Of a DNA stretch of 64,000 bases, positions 39,995 to 49,900 are shown piece after piece. The DNA lies in the IMG/VR virus record IMGVR_UViG_3300005537_000002, positions 32,001 to 96,000 of that record; one strand, written 5' to 3'. Made by a program: the position numbers and the translations under genes. Numbering within the stretch: position 1 is the stretch's first letter; each line of letters starts with the position of its first letter. This DNA is from a virus. A model generated the notes under the pieces. That model ran no database searches and was not told the origin of the DNA. It was given only the letters and a program-made list of their open reading frames with translations.

Positions 39995-40893
39995 CAAACA
40001 AAGAAAAAGGGTTCACTATGGCGGTGTGTATAAATTGTGGAAAAGGACTTTCTCTATGGAACAGACTTGTGAGACAGACCATATGCAGTGAATGTGGTGA
40101 ATACTTTCAGAACGAACGTTATAGGTGGCTGTCTGCGATCGAGAGGGACTTTTCTAGAGGAGGTGTATCCTTAGAGTTGGAGACCCAAATGTATCAACAC
40201 TTCCAAAGTATACATATGCCTGAGTATGAAGGCATCCCTGTCATAGAAAAGATGAGATACTTTAGAGAACTTTCGGAAGTGCAGTGGGGTAATGTACCAA
40301 CCATTCGTATAGATAGGCATCTAGACTCAGATGAGTACGCCTACTTCTCGTTCGAGACTACGTACTATAATAAACAGCTAAGACCCGTCGAGGGTATATT
40401 GGTAGGTACTAACAAGAAGTGCTACTTCCACCCCATATCTGGCGTAGGTGGAGTACATATCAATTGGGGTAATATAAGCCAAGTGAAGGAGGAGTCCGTA
40501 CGAGTATACACCCATCCCAGACCTCTACGAGGTGTTACAGAACAGTTGGTAGTCAAGAGGGTTTTAAGAATCTCCGTATCTGCCAGTTCCGGTGGAGGGG
40601 ATTACTACGTAAGAGACCCGTTTAAGGCTTGTATCTACATCGACACTCTTGTACGTATTTGGAAGAGACAACTAATCATTCGTAGAGAGTTAGGCACATA
40701 CGGAGACGTACCTAATCACGTAAAGTCTGATGTGTATAAACGAGATAAGGGATGCTGTCAACAATGCGGCTACAGTGGGGACTACATCGAGTATGACCAC
40801 ATCATACCTCGGAGTAAGGGAGGGTCGAATACGGTAGATAATATACAACTTCTTTGTAGGAGATGTAATTTGCAAAAGGGAGATAGGCTGTAA
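39991..40893 (+). CDS. HNH endonuclease with N-terminal zinc ribbon
   Basis: CINCG..CSEC; C-terminal RDKGCCQQCG..IEYDHIIPRSKGGSNTVDNIQLLCRRCN. Confidence 0.85.
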   Translation: MTNKEKGFTMAVCINCGKGLSLWNRLVRQTICSECGEYFQNERYRWLSAIERDFSRGGVSLELETQMYQHFQSIHMPEYEGIPVIEKMRYFRELSEVQWGNVPTIRIDRHLDSDEYAYFSFETTYYNKQLRPVEGILVGTNKKCYFHPISGVGGVHINWGNISQVKEESVRVYTHPRPLRGVTEQLVVKRVLRISVSASSGGGDYYVRDPFKACIYIDTLVRIWKRQLIIRRELGTYGDVPNHVKSDVYKRDKGCCQQCGYSGDYIEYDHIIPRSKGGSNTVDNIQLLCRRCNLQKGDRL

Positions 40894-40919
40894 CAACCAA
40901 AAAAAAGGAGGCATACGGA

Positions 40920-42167
40920 TTGAGTCCGTATACAGCAACCGTCAAGAAGAGACGGTCACGCAAACTATATACTAAGTACGATGCTATAGTACGGTGGGTA
41001 GTCGTGGCATGTGCTAGCATGTTGTTGAATGCAGCATTATTAGATGTCGCATTATGGATATACCCCTTACAGAGTCTGAGTCAGCTAGTAGTGTGGAATA
41101 CGCTGGTGTCAGCTATCGCTTCGATATGCGGCATGGTAGGGTATCGATTGTGGGTATTGGGGAGATACCGTATGCTAACAGCAGAGGAGTTCGGTAAATG
41201 TCTATCTATACTCACTTTCGAGTCTTTGGTGGACACGATGTTAGCTGTACTAAGCCAGTTCGCTAGTATTATGCTAGTGGGAGACTTATTACCCACTACT
41301 ACTATGAAACTAATTGCGGTTATAGGGACGTTCATCCTGTCCACTGTGCTACTTAAACAATGGATGGGTAAGAAGCCTGTATATGAGTGCATCATGAAAC
41401 CTTCTCGAGCGTCTATACGTAGACAACACTACACGTTGTCAGTCGTAATGGTAGCACAGGACAATGCGGATTATATTCAGCATACTGTACATCAAATGTA
41501 CGAGTCCCTAACGTACATGGTCGATGACTTCGAAGTCATCGTAGTCAACGACGGTAGTGCCGATCATACAGGTGTGCTGTTAGAGGCTATATCTATCATG
41601 ACCCCGCGAGTTAGGGTAGTGAATTACGCCAAACCTCGAGGATACTCTACAGCTTTAGCGACCGGACTCAAACTAGCGTGTAAGGAACTGACATTCATTA
41701 CCTCTTCAGACGACCAGTTCGACATACAGGATCTAGCGTTCTTCCTTCCGTATATGTGTGAGTACGACGCGGTTTTCGGTTACCCCTTCGGCGAGACTGG
41801 CAGTCGTTTCGAGAGATTCTGTACGTGGAGTTGGAGTACGTTAGTCAGTCGGACGTTCGGACTTAACGTAAGAGACGTCGACTGCGAATTCAAACTATTT
41901 AGAACTGACTTCTTTACGGACTATGAACTGACTGTCACTGACTCTCGCTTAGTGTATGTAGACATGTTGTATCAGTTAGCACAGTCGGATAGGTCGTATA
42001 CCGAAATGGGCGTACTACAAACACCAACTGTACTAGAACGTAAGAGAGACACAAGCCTGCTGAGCTTGGTTAAGAACGCGTCTGCACTACGAAAGTATGT
42101 TAAGGAACGGAAAATCAGTAGTTACGGGCACCACCTACACTCGAACGCTGCGATACGTACCTCTTGA
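40920..42167 (+). CDS. membrane-anchored GT2 glycosyltransferase (DPM-synthase-like)
   Basis: Four N-terminal TMs; LSVVM, VVNDGSADHT, GYSTAL, SSDDQFD, DVDCEFKLFR. Confidence 0.8.
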   Translation: MSPYTATVKKRRSRKLYTKYDAIVRWVVVACASMLLNAALLDVALWIYPLQSLSQLVVWNTLVSAIASICGMVGYRLWVLGRYRMLTAEEFGKCLSILTFESLVDTMLAVLSQFASIMLVGDLLPTTTMKLIAVIGTFILSTVLLKQWMGKKPVYECIMKPSRASIRRQHYTLSVVMVAQDNADYIQHTVHQMYESLTYMVDDFEVIVVNDGSADHTGVLLEAISIMTPRVRVVNYAKPRGYSTALATGLKLACKELTFITSSDDQFDIQDLAFFLPYMCEYDAVFGYPFGETGSRFERFCTWSWSTLVSRTFGLNVRDVDCEFKLFRTDFFTDYELTVTDSRLVYVDMLYQLAQSDRSYTEMGVLQTPTVLERKRDTSLLSLVKNASALRKYVKERKISSYGHHLHSNAAIRTS

Positions 42168-42193
42168 TTTCAACCGACTGGAACAATTATAAT
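42164..42193 (+). promoter_or_regulatory. sigma70-type promoter
   Basis: TTGATT-N18-TATAAT. Confidence 0.7.
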
Positions 42194-42267
42194 ATAAATA
42201 ATGTATATCACAAAAACAAATCGAGGGATAATCCCTCGAGCGTCCAGTAGTAAAGGAGCAGTCAGCA

Positions 42268-42651
42268 GTGTCAGATTTAGACTTGGACTATGCATACGAC
42301 AGAGAAAGTGACCCACAAACTGATACTTGTAACAAGTACAGAGTATCCGGTGTGGATCCGAACCATAGAGTAAAGGTACACGCAGGTCAGGGAGACAACC
42401 GCACCCCAGTTAGTACGGAACGTGTAGCTGGTGCGGAGCCTCAGTGGTCGAGTGATAGGGTACGAGAGGATGCAATCTACTTCGATATCACTCACTCCCA
42501 AAAAGATACTCCGTTCGACATCGAGATTGAGAGTAAGTCGGATGGAAAGAGAGTTGGCAGACTCGATGCCGTGGTCCATGACGGTGTTACGTGGATCGCA
42601 GACGAAACTGGTGAGTGTAGGGGTATGGGGAATGGATTCAGACGACCGTAA
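42268..42651 (+). CDS. hypothetical protein
   Basis: 127-aa ORF with AAGGAG RBS. Confidence 0.55.
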   Translation: MSDLDLDYAYDRESDPQTDTCNKYRVSGVDPNHRVKVHAGQGDNRTPVSTERVAGAEPQWSSDRVREDAIYFDITHSQKDTPFDIEIESKSDGKRVGRLDAVVHDGVTWIADETGECRGMGNGFRRP

Positions 42652-42678
42652 TAATCTAGCCCGAAAGGAGCGCCCTTA

Positions 42679-43185
42679 GTGGAAAGCACAGTTACGTACA
42701 CAGTCGAAATCAGGCCGCCAGCAAAGGGAATGGTAAATCCAGTAAAAGTGTTGCTGGCAGCAGTCAATGGTGGTAACCCTACGAAAGTGGAGCTACCGCC
42801 GAACTCTAGAATCGGTATCGACTGGGGCAGAACCTCAGACGGTATGATATCCGACGGTACGACCCTGCTAGGTATGATGATACTAGCGCACTTGTTTGAG
42901 GAGACCGAACAGGTCGTCTCGAACGTTAAGACCGGACAGAAGTTTACCTGTTACGATAAAGCCTATGGGACAGGTAAGTATCTAGGTAACCGCTCGAAAT
43001 CGAAGCGATACCTAGAATACTTCGTTAGGGAGTATCTATCCAGACGAACAAGAACGAGCGGGTTCAGCGTCACCAAAACTGAAATTCTGCGAATGGCTAA
43101 CTCACAAGAAGCCGCTATTCGCAAGTCGATTGCAGATGCCGGTGTCAAAGTACCTGCAGGCGCGAGAAAGGTTGCTACTGCATGA
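42679..43185 (+). CDS. hypothetical protein
   Basis: 168-aa ORF with AAGGAG RBS. Confidence 0.55.
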   Translation: MESTVTYTVEIRPPAKGMVNPVKVLLAAVNGGNPTKVELPPNSRIGIDWGRTSDGMISDGTTLLGMMILAHLFEETEQVVSNVKTGQKFTCYDKAYGTGKYLGNRSKSKRYLEYFVREYLSRRTRTSGFSVTKTEILRMANSQEAAIRKSIADAGVKVPAGARKVATA

Positions 43186-43505
43186 TCTACGTCGACTTCC
43201 TCATCAACCGTAGTACAGCAGGCGGAGGAAAACCACCAACTAAAAGCTGTAACATGTGGTCGAGCGAGCTAAACACTCCAGAAGGCTTGTTGGAGTTGCA
43301 TGAAGTAGCAGGACTACTAAGGGTACGTCAGTACTTTAGAGACCGACCCTACTTCCCACATTACGACCTCAACGAGAGCCAGCGTAAGCGGGCTCTCGCA
43401 CTGAGAAGGCCAGATGGTACTCCTTACGTCGAGGAAACGAGTTTGATCAACTTCTTCCGACCAAAAGCTCAATCAGTCGAGGAGGCTGTAAGCGTTCAAA
43501 GTTGA
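43182..43505 (+). CDS. DUF4031-family protein
   Basis: IYVD...CNMWS...ELHEVA...YF...PHYDL..SQRKRAL. Confidence 0.7.
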   Translation: MIYVDFLINRSTAGGGKPPTKSCNMWSSELNTPEGLLELHEVAGLLRVRQYFRDRPYFPHYDLNESQRKRALALRRPDGTPYVEETSLINFFRPKAQSVEEAVSVQS

Positions 43506-43521
43506 ACGCTTACATATTTGT

Positions 43522-44127
43522 ATGATAGACAGTCACGCTAAGCTCGTAGTGAAGCATAAACACTCGAAGACTCATTTGGGTCCGGAAAAAGGATGGCACG
43601 AACACGTGCTACCGATAGCAACCATATACAGTGGACTGCAGGATAGTGACATAGTGAGTTGGTCTGTTCAAGTGTTCAAATCCCTCGTCGGAGAACCTCC
43701 TCCCGCTCCAAACGCTCAGTATGATAAGAAGTACTTACGGCTGCTTATGCCCCTAGTAAGCTGGGAGAAGCTAAACAGGGTCGTGTACGACCCTGTACTC
43801 CAACCCTGTGTGGAAATACAGGTAGGAAATCTGTCACTTATCTGCAGCGACGATCAAGAGTTCATCACTCCGGACATAGGTTGGATACCCCTAGACCAGC
43901 TGAAGCCCCGACAGTACATTATGATGAACACTGTACGCGGTAGAGCACAGTACGCTCGTATCTCTCAGATCAAGAGAGTCTCGTCTCGTACGGGCTATAA
44001 CTTAGACTGTAGAAACTTTGTAAGCAACGACTTTATTAGCAGGTCGCCACAATTCGTAGCCGGTTATCCCATACCGAAGCGAATAGCTATGGCTGAGATA
44101 CTCGACTCGCCCACAGACATTCTATAG
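43522..44127 (+). CDS. degenerate free-standing Hint (intein-like) domain protein
   Basis: LICSDDQEFITPDIGWIPLDQLKPRQYI (block B-like) and ISQIKRV..TGYNL..RNFVSNDFIS (block F/G-like); no catalytic His or Asn. Confidence 0.55.
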   Translation: MIDSHAKLVVKHKHSKTHLGPEKGWHEHVLPIATIYSGLQDSDIVSWSVQVFKSLVGEPPPAPNAQYDKKYLRLLMPLVSWEKLNRVVYDPVLQPCVEIQVGNLSLICSDDQEFITPDIGWIPLDQLKPRQYIMMNTVRGRAQYARISQIKRVSSRTGYNLDCRNFVSNDFISRSPQFVAGYPIPKRIAMAEILDSPTDIL

Positions 44128-44142
44128 AGGAGATGCACTGTC

Positions 44143-45207
44143 GTGTTAAAGCCATTCAGTCAAATCGTTAGAGTACCCTCTACGGTAGGGTCTCTACCCT
44201 ACATCACATCATACTACCAATCCCCCTCTTGTAAGACCCTACATACTAAGTTCTGGCCCCTAGTCGAACAGCACACACAGTTTATAACGCTCTCTGCTGG
44301 AAACGGTGGAGTTGCATACGAGGCTGCGAGTAAAGGACTTAAGGTTGCGGCATACGACCGTTCGGTGTACACGATACTCTCGCTAGACGACGTACTCAAC
44401 CGAGATACGCTACCTCAACTATCCTATGACCTGCCTACCAACGAGTGGTTCGAACGTTGGTGTTCTCCTATTACACCTAGTACCACCAACGTAGCACAAG
44501 AAGGCGTACTAGTTGCCAGACATACGACACAGTTAGCTCCACACCTTTCGCTCGAGACTGCTAAGTACCTAGACACCTTACTCATCTGCAAGAACTACTG
44601 GCCTCTATTGATGAGTTCGATTGGCAGAACGCTACTACAACTGTGCTCCAATCGGGGTGTACGCTGGTCGAACTTAATGCCAGACGGTAGATCGACTAGG
44701 GAACTTACACCGGAAGAAGCCTTTCACTCGATAGCTAGGAGCACCTGGCGTACGAAGATGTTCTCAGACAGTTTGGATCACCACCTCGAGCATAACCTGT
44801 TCCAGCACAGCCTATTTGATGACCTACTGTCAGACTTCAGAGACTCTATATACCCAAACACACTCGTACACATTGATCCGGTGTATCCTTGGGAGACCTC
44901 ACTATATGAACGCTCTCATCACTACTTCTGTATGTCAGCTATCGACAGTATCCTAGTGCAGTCGGAATCAGCGTCAGTTCGGTCACCTTCGTACTGGCCC
45001 TCTACTATCTCAACCGACCTGACACTTTGGTTAGCTTGGTTTGGTGAGAGGCTACGTCGACTAAAGGATCGTACGGAAGCTACAATCGTAGTGACGTTTG
45101 GGTATCCCACTCCGACTGTACTTGAGACTGCTAGGTATCTTACGTCGTTGCTCCCTACTGCTAGTTGGGAGCAGTCGATTGCTGGTTGCATGCTTGTTAT
45201 CCATTAG
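44143..45207 (+). CDS. divergent amino-methyltransferase-fold protein C
   Basis: FITLSAGNGG, AAYDRSVY, HIDPVYPW; shares WFER and YLDTLL with paralog B. Confidence 0.55.
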   Translation: MLKPFSQIVRVPSTVGSLPYITSYYQSPSCKTLHTKFWPLVEQHTQFITLSAGNGGVAYEAASKGLKVAAYDRSVYTILSLDDVLNRDTLPQLSYDLPTNEWFERWCSPITPSTTNVAQEGVLVARHTTQLAPHLSLETAKYLDTLLICKNYWPLLMSSIGRTLLQLCSNRGVRWSNLMPDGRSTRELTPEEAFHSIARSTWRTKMFSDSLDHHLEHNLFQHSLFDDLLSDFRDSIYPNTLVHIDPVYPWETSLYERSHHYFCMSAIDSILVQSESASVRSPSYWPSTISTDLTLWLAWFGERLRRLKDRTEATIVVTFGYPTPTVLETARYLTSLLPTASWEQSIAGCMLVIH

Positions 45208-45216
45208 GAGCTGCCT

Positions 45217-45750
45217 ATGACGACTAAGTATTGTTGCGGATGTCAAAAATGGCTGTCGCTACATGAGTTTGGTAAAGACAAGTCGACTAAGGATGGTCTC
45301 AACGCTAAGTGTAAGGCTTGCATCAATGCTAGAGCCGCAATCAGCCGTGCGAAGCAGACTAGCGAGCAGTATGAGAGAGCGTCAGAGTACCAGAAGCAGT
45401 ACTATCGAGACCACCGAGAGCTGTTAGTAGCACAGGCTGCTATGCGTCGGGAGACACAGCGAGAGCATATACGGGCGATTGACAAGAGGTCTCGCTTAAA
45501 GCATAGGGCGAGCACGCAAGCTAGTACGTCTGCGTACCAGGCACGTCTGAGAGGTCAGTACGTAGCTCCGGTCTCATTGGACGTACTGTACGCTAGAGAC
45601 AAAGGAGTCTGTGCTTTATGTGGGGAGCCAGTCAACCGGTCAGAAGCCTCTATCGACCACATCGTACCCCTGTCGGAAGGTGGCTTACACGGTCCAGATA
45701 ACGTACAACTCGCCCATCGCAGTTGTAATTCTCGAAAGCAAAACGGTTAA
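45217..45750 (+). CDS. HNH endonuclease
   Basis: N-terminal CCGC..FGKD..DGL...CKAC; C-terminal CALCG..SIDHIVPLSEGG..NVQLAHRSCN. Confidence 0.85.
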   Translation: MTTKYCCGCQKWLSLHEFGKDKSTKDGLNAKCKACINARAAISRAKQTSEQYERASEYQKQYYRDHRELLVAQAAMRRETQREHIRAIDKRSRLKHRASTQASTSAYQARLRGQYVAPVSLDVLYARDKGVCALCGEPVNRSEASIDHIVPLSEGGLHGPDNVQLAHRSCNSRKQNG

Positions 45751-45782
45751 ATATGTATTAGTGGGCACCCATTTTTGTGCTC

Positions 45783-45812
45783 TTGTAAAACACCATGTCG
45801 AACATTTATAAT
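45783..45812 (+). promoter_or_regulatory. sigma70-type promoter
   Basis: TTGTAA-N18-TATAAT. Confidence 0.7.
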
Positions 45813-45864
45813 ATATAATAAGAAGTAAATACTACTTCTTATGCGAACAGACCTTGGAGGTTAT

Positions 45865-46068
45865 ATGCATAGATGTGTAAAGTGCGGTGCAGGGGATGCA
45901 AAGTGGAATACGAAGAGAGGCTGGTGGTGTGAAGATTGCGTACTAGCCTACCAAGGCCCACTCGCAGACTTAGTTGAGGGCATCCACGTAGCTATCGAGC
46001 TACTAGAACCAGCTATCGAACGGGCTAAACGGAAGCTTACTTCTACGAGACGTCCGTACTTGAACTAA
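45865..46068 (+). CDS. small zinc-finger protein
   Basis: CVKC...CEDC; GGAGG RBS. Confidence 0.55.
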   Translation: MHRCVKCGAGDAKWNTKRGWWCEDCVLAYQGPLADLVEGIHVAIELLEPAIERAKRKLTSTRRPYLN

Positions 46069-46127
46069 GACCCTCACATACAACTGCATATTGCACCCCA
46101 GAAGTGCAGACAGAAAGGTGAACACCG

Positions 46128-46289
46128 ATGACTGTTACTGCAGACACTTCACAAAGGCACTCGCTGCTTATGCTGGCGAAGTGCTCCACTTGCGGACTCT
46201 GCGACCAAAACGACTTCAAACCCGTACATGGGTACGGCAACCCCAACGCAAGGGTCATTTCTAGATATAGAGGTGATCATGTTCTCTAA
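46128..46289 (+). pseudogene. orphaned 5' fragment of the UDG-polymerase gene (53 aa)
   Basis: Encodes SLLMLAKCSTCGLCDQNDFKPVHGYGNPNARVI, 27/33 identical to residues 14-46 of the ORF at 46982; own GAAAGGTG RBS. Confidence 0.75.
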
Positions 46290-46988
46290 ACCTTGTACGA
46301 AGTGTAGCGCTCCCGAAAGGCAGAAGGGCCAGTCTCTATGCGTAACCTGTCAACGTGAGTACGAGAGGCTGTGGCGAGAGAAAAATAGAGAGAAGATTAA
46401 CCACCAATACAAACAGTGGCGTGCGAATATGACAGAAGGTCAGCGCGAACGTGAAAGAGAATCCGGTAGAAGAGGAGAAGCAAAAGTTCGACAGAAGTTA
46501 CTCGAATACAGACTAGAACACCCGTGCATCGATTGTGGAGAGACTAATCCTATATGTCTACACTTCGATCATGTAACCGGTGAAAAACGTATGGATATCA
46601 CCCACTTACGAACGTACGGGTGGCCAAGCGTAGAAAAGGAACTTCAAAAATGTGTAGTGCGATGTGGGAACTGTCACGTCAAAAGACACTTCCTAACTAA
46701 AGGTACTACAAAGTACGGACCTAGTAAACATCTCTCGAAAGCAGCGAACGCTAGGAGAGATGTGTTTAGGCGCTATCTCCAACTGTGGGGGTGTATAGAC
46801 TGCGGTTTACAAGATGTAGACTGTTTGGAGTTCGATCACGTCTTCGGAGAGAAGTTAGCAGACGTAAGTATACTAATCGACAACGATACCAAAACTGGGA
46901 GGCTACAGTCGACGAAATCGCTAAGTGCGAAGTAGTCTGCGTAAACTGCCACGCTAAACGTACTGAGAGTAGGGGGTATCAATGGTAG
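46279..46988 (+). mobile_element. tandem double-HNH homing endonuclease gene with a frameshift in the second HNH domain
   Basis: CIDCG..LHFDH..KCVVRCGNCH, then CIDCG..LEFDH; the second domain continues in another frame (WEATVDEIAKCEVVCVNCH) after AAAA at 46891-46894. Confidence 0.75.
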
Positions 46989-49900
46989 TAGAAACTTCAT
47001 GGGTGGGTTCAGCAGACAGAAGTCTGCTAGCACTATGCAAGTGCTCAACTTGTGGTCTATGCAATCAGAATGACTTCAAACCAGTAATGGGTTACGGAAA
47101 TAGTGGAGCTAGAGTTATATTCGTAGGGGAAGCAGCCGGCCGTAATGAACATATCCAGGGTATCCCGTTTGTAGGAGAGTCCGGTAGGCTCTTGACAGCT
47201 GTGCTCCAAAGGGTACAGCTGTCAGATGGAAGTTACCTGCAAAGAGATGACGTCTACCTTACGAACGCTTGTCTGTGTCGACCAGAAGACAATCGTACAC
47301 CGTCAGCTGCAGAAATCGTGGCTTGCAACGAGCGTTTGAAGGCGGAGATCAAATCTCTTCCTAACCGACACTTGATTGTAGTGTTGGGTAGTAGTGCGAT
47401 CAAGGCTGTAACTGGCAAGCACCAGAGTATGAACGCCATGCACGGTAAGATTGAGTGGAGTGCTGAGTTTCAGTGCTTCATTACGTATACGTGGCACCCA
47501 GCGTACATATTGAGGACTCCGAATGACTTTCCTGACCTTGACTACGTCATGAGTCAGATACCGAGCATTCTGGATACGCCTAAAGGGCCTATCCAATTTC
47601 AGCCGCCGAAGTATATCGTAGAAGACTCCATCGATATGGCGATTAAGCGATTGCTACACTTGCTTGATCACGTCGAAGGTGATGTCGCTTGTGACATCGA
47701 AACGACCAACTTGGAGTTAGCACAGCCAACTAACTTCATTCTCGAGATCGGCTTCTCTTGGGAGGATGGAAAGGCGTACATCTTACCTCACCACATCTTC
47801 AACGACAGTCAAGTGAAGGTAGTACTGATACGCTTCCTGGAAAAGAAGAGTGTGCGGTTTGTATACCACAACGGGATGTTCGACATTGCGTGGTTGCGCT
47901 ACAAGTTGGGAGCTAAACAGGCTTGGATTGGTGCGGACACGATGTTGATGTCTTCACTCTATGATCCAAGAGGTAGAGGCGGTGGAGAAGGAGATGAAGT
48001 GCAGGGGGTTGGAACGACACACGGCCTAAAGCCATTAAGCCGCAAACACTGTCAAGCACCAGCTTGGGAAGATGACATTCATGCGTACCTTCCGAATAAA
48101 GAAGCGAGCTTCGAACTCATACCGGCAGATGTCCGACAGAGGTATATGAGCTTCGACTTGGTGTACACGTTACGGCTCTTTAGGAGACTAACAGAGCTGT
48201 TAGAAAAGGAAGATCCCTCCGCTGAAGGTTACCCAACTCCACTTGAGTGCCACTACAATCTGCTCATACCCGCGGCTAACATGCTAGCGGACATTGAGTC
48301 TCACGGTATCCTCATCGACCGTAAGTACGTGGAGGAACTGAGAGACAAGATGGAAGAGCAGATGCGGGTCTCTAACGAGAAGATCCGAGAGGCCACTAAA
48401 GAATTCTTCAGACGAGACGGTCAAGAGATTACGTTACGTAAGTCGAGAGACGAAGAAGTAACCGAGCGTAAACGTAAGCTCGTAGGTACAGAAGTCCGGT
48501 GGAAAGCACGTAAGCGATATGACAAGTCAGCTAAGGCTTGGGTGCCGGACACTCCTGTACCGGACGGAGTGAGACAGCTGTACGAATACGAGTACATAAC
48601 TAGGGTAGTTAAGAGGTACTATGACGTTGTGCTTAGGGGTGAAGAAGCCGTTGAACACCTAGCGAACGAGTTCAACGTACGCTCTGCTTTACACTTACGA
48701 CACATTCTCTACGACCACTTAGGCTTACCGCCAGTTGAAGGTAAAGAAGTCACTGACAAAGATCAACTAGAACGATACAAGCATGCTCACCTCATTATTC
48801 CACTCATAATGGAATACAAGAACGTGAACCGGCTATATGGCATCTTCATCAAAGGGATGCTAGCTAGATTAGATCCGTATGACCGGTGTCACCCACGATT
48901 TAACATTCATGCAACTCGTACAGGACGATTGTCGAGTTCTAATCCTAATAGTCAGAACATCCCAAGGGATGGACTCATCAAACGTATGTTTACCGTTCCA
49001 AAGGGATACGTTTTTGTCGAAAGTGACTATAGCGGACTTGAGTTCACTGTCATTGCGTGGTACTGTAACGCTCACGTCAATCCAGCATTCCACGATCCGA
49101 CTTTAGCACAGGACGTAGCTGGCGATATCCACCAAGCCTTTGCTGAAGAAGCGTTCGCAGAGCTACTAGCGAAGATCCGAGCGAACAAACGTAGTCTATC
49201 GGCGCTCGAACAGATCATGCGTGAAGAAGTTATCATGACGGAGAAGCGCATCGAGCAGGAGCGAGATAAGCGAACCGATCCGGAGGAAGTAGCTTCACTA
49301 ATGCTGAAGCACGCACGCTTTATGGCAAAATTCTGTACCTTCGGCATTTTGTACGGACGTTCGGCTCACTCGCTAGCGTTTGATGATGATGGTATGCACG
49401 TCTCTCTCGAACAGGCTGAGGAGTACTTACGTAAGTTCTTCGCTAAGTATAATGGCTTGTACAGATTCTTGCAACAACAAACAAAGTACGCACTCGAACG
49501 TGGTTGGCAAGAGATGCCTAGCGGTAGACGAGCGAAGTATCCGTTCATCACTAGAGACAATCGGTCCCAAATTGAACGTCAGAGTTGGAACTCGCCTATT
49601 CAGGGAGGTGCAAGTGACATTTGCTTAGGGGCCTGTATAGACCTACAGAAAGAGCTAGTTGCTAGAGGTTGGGGTTACGTGCTCTTCATTGTACACGACG
49701 CTATCATGATGCAACTAAAAGAGGAGCATATGCATGAAGGTATTGCTCTTATGAAGTCGATCATGGAAGGAGTCACACAGAAACTAAAGTCGCCAGTTGA
49801 CTTTAGGGTTGAGACTAAAGTCGGTAAGAATTGGGGTGACGCAGTCGACATAGAAGTGGAGCACGAACTAGTACACCACCATACTAAAACTGCACACCAC

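Noticed and set aside
46260-47020. Group I intron in the UDG-polymerase gene
   Set aside because: The interval is filled by the HNH ORF with no room for core intron helices, and the downstream gene has its own start and a full duplicate N-terminus, so splicing is not needed
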